The notes below the pieces were generated by a model. It had not been told where the DNA came from. It ran no database searches and saw nothing but the letters and a program-made list of their open reading frames with translations. Below are positions 62,441 to 64,000 of a stretch of 64,000 nucleotides of DNA, piece by piece. Source of the stretch: an uncultured Chloroflexia bacterium (GTDB lineage: Bacteria > Chloroflexota > Limnocylindria > Limnocylindrales > CSP1-4); NCBI GenBank assembly GCA_963720755.1, contig CAVRGP010000002.1, positions 405,858 through 469,857 on the forward strand, read 5' to 3'. The position numbers and the translations under genes were made by a program. Within the stretch, counting starts at the first letter, position 1. The number at the start of each line of letters is the position of its first letter.

Positions 62441-64000
62441 ATGAGCGAGGCCGTGTCGCCGCCGATCTCGCGGCCGCTGAAGCCGGGACTGCTGCCGGCG
62501 CTGGCCCGCGTCTACGCCGACATCCTGCGCCACCAGGGACGCACGACGACCCAATTCGTGCGCTGGGCGAAGGAGGGGCGGCGGTCGCACGAGTTCGCCT
62601 GGCTGGGCGGTGAGCTGGCGGCCGAGACGCTGCTCTCGGGCAAGGGCACGATCAAGGTAAGCCGCCGCTCGCCGCTCTTCGACGCGGTACAGAAGATGCA
62701 CGCGGCGTCGACGCTGAACCCCTACGAACGCGAGGTGCTCTACGGCTACCCCTACGTCGTCGGCCGCCGCGACGGTGAGCCGATTCGCGCGCCGTTGCTG
62801 CACCTGAGCGTGACGGTCGAACCCGCTGCGGACGGCTACGTCATCGAGCAGGCGGACGACGTCGTCCAGGTCAACCTGCTGCCCTTTCGCAGCGCGGGCG
62901 ACCCCGACCAGCACGAGCAGCGCCTCGCCCGCGTCATCGCCGAGACGCCGACGCTGCCGTTGACCTTCGACAGCCTCCAGCGCCTCGTCGCGACAGTGAC
63001 GCGCGAGTTCCCGTACCTGACGCAGGAGGGCGCGCTGCTGGACGGCAGTCTCGGCGAGGTGCCGCTGGAGCCGGCGCCGGGCGAGAACGGGCTGCGGCTG
63101 ATCGACCAGGCAGCGCTGTTCGTCGCGCCGAAGAGCAGCTACTTCCTCGCCAGCGACCTCGACCACATCGCCGCGTCCGAGGCGTCGGTGCAGCTCTCGG
63201 CGCTGGGGGCGCTGCTGGCGGGCGGCGCGGGCTCGGCGGTAGAGCTGTCAGACGAAGCCGTGGACGCGCGCGCAGGTCTTCTTCCCGTTCCCCTCGAACC
63301 GGGCGCAACGGCGGGCGGCGATGCTCGTGCCAGGACGACTCGACCCGCGTGATCCGCGTCGAGGGGCCGCCGGGGACGGGCAAGTCGCTGACCATCGCGA
63401 ACATCGCCTGCCACCTCGCCGCGACCGGTAAGACGGTGCTGATCAAGCTCCCAGAAGGACAAGGCGCTGGAGGTGGTGGACGAGAAGCTGGCCGGCCTCC
63501 AGATGGAGGAGCTGCCGATGACGCTCCTCCACAACGACCGCGAGTCGAAGAACGACCTGCTGCGCCGCCTCGACCGCGTGCGCAAGGAACGCAGCGAGCA
63601 GGAGGTCGCGCGCGAGTTCGACCGCATCGCCGCCGAGTTCGCCGCCGAAGCCGGGAGCAAGCAGAACCTCAGCGCCGCCTACGAGGACGCCTCGCCCTCG
63701 ACGCGACAGCTCGAGGGCGCTCACCGAGCGATGGCGGCCGCCGACGGCCTCGGCGGGCTGCTGAAGCGCTTCGGCTACTGGCGGCGAAGCGCAAGGCGAC
63801 CGGCAAAGACGCGCCGTCCAGCGCCGGCCTCGCGGAGGCGGTATCGAAGCGGCGTCAGCGGCTGCTCCAGCTCGCGGAAGAGGCGCTGGAGCTGGGCGGT
63901 GAGCTGACGGTGGCGCGGGCGTCGCGGGAAGAGCGTGCCGGGCTGCGGGAGCTCTCGGCGGTGCTCAAGCGCGACCAGGCCCGCTAGAAGAACTTCAGCC
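62441..64000 (+). CDS. SF1 (DNA2/NAM7-like) helicase with DUF4011-like N-terminus, partial, several indels
   Basis: LYGYPYVVG...IRAPLL.LSV.VE; FFPFPSN motif-Q region; Walker A EGPPGTGKSLTIANIACHL.A.GKTVLI.SQKDKALEVV; probably runs off the window. Confidence 0.78.

Overview
GC-rich bacterial sequence that looks like a mosaic of three segments. (A) 1 to ~51,970 is actinobacterial chromosome (tentatively Nakamurella/Pseudonocardia-like, judged from gene order only). It holds an accessory block (ligC, pip, rpiB, AlaX-like, PadR-monooxygenase, aminotransferase-dipeptidase), the XRE/HBHA-like/DUF2516 operon, the conserved ppa-dacB-tilS-hpt-ftsH-folEPBK-lysS-lsr2-clpC1-mutY-disA-radA-carD-ispD-ispF region, a second accessory block (MFS, SPFH pair, TetR-ABC exporter), then proC, an SRPBCC-YciI-ECF sigma cassette, a small HTH gene, bS22 and a truncated epimerase. 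(B) ~51,970 to ~59,507 starts mid-gene and is dense in indels: HelD-like helicase 3' end, DUF222 remnant, HxlR regulator, acyl-CoA dehydrogenase, degenerate GGDEF-EAL-GAF, purU, 5' half of pncA. (C) ~59,507 to the end again starts mid-gene: two PLP aminotransferases, three REP-like palindromes, and a Zn-finger/HNH nuclease reading into a DUF4011-like SF1 helicase. Most frameshifts and both mid-gene switches are best explained as long-read errors and chimeric joins. No tRNA, rRNA or CRISPR array was seen. Best leads: the HNH-REP-helicase candidate defence module, an IspD that has lost its catalytic motifs beside an intact ispF, an HBHA/MLDS-like protein with an expanded 11-mer repeat array and a perfect 16-bp operator, and a ~310-nt candidate sRNA/leader upstream of rpiB. 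All family calls are from motif recognition by eye; no searches were run.
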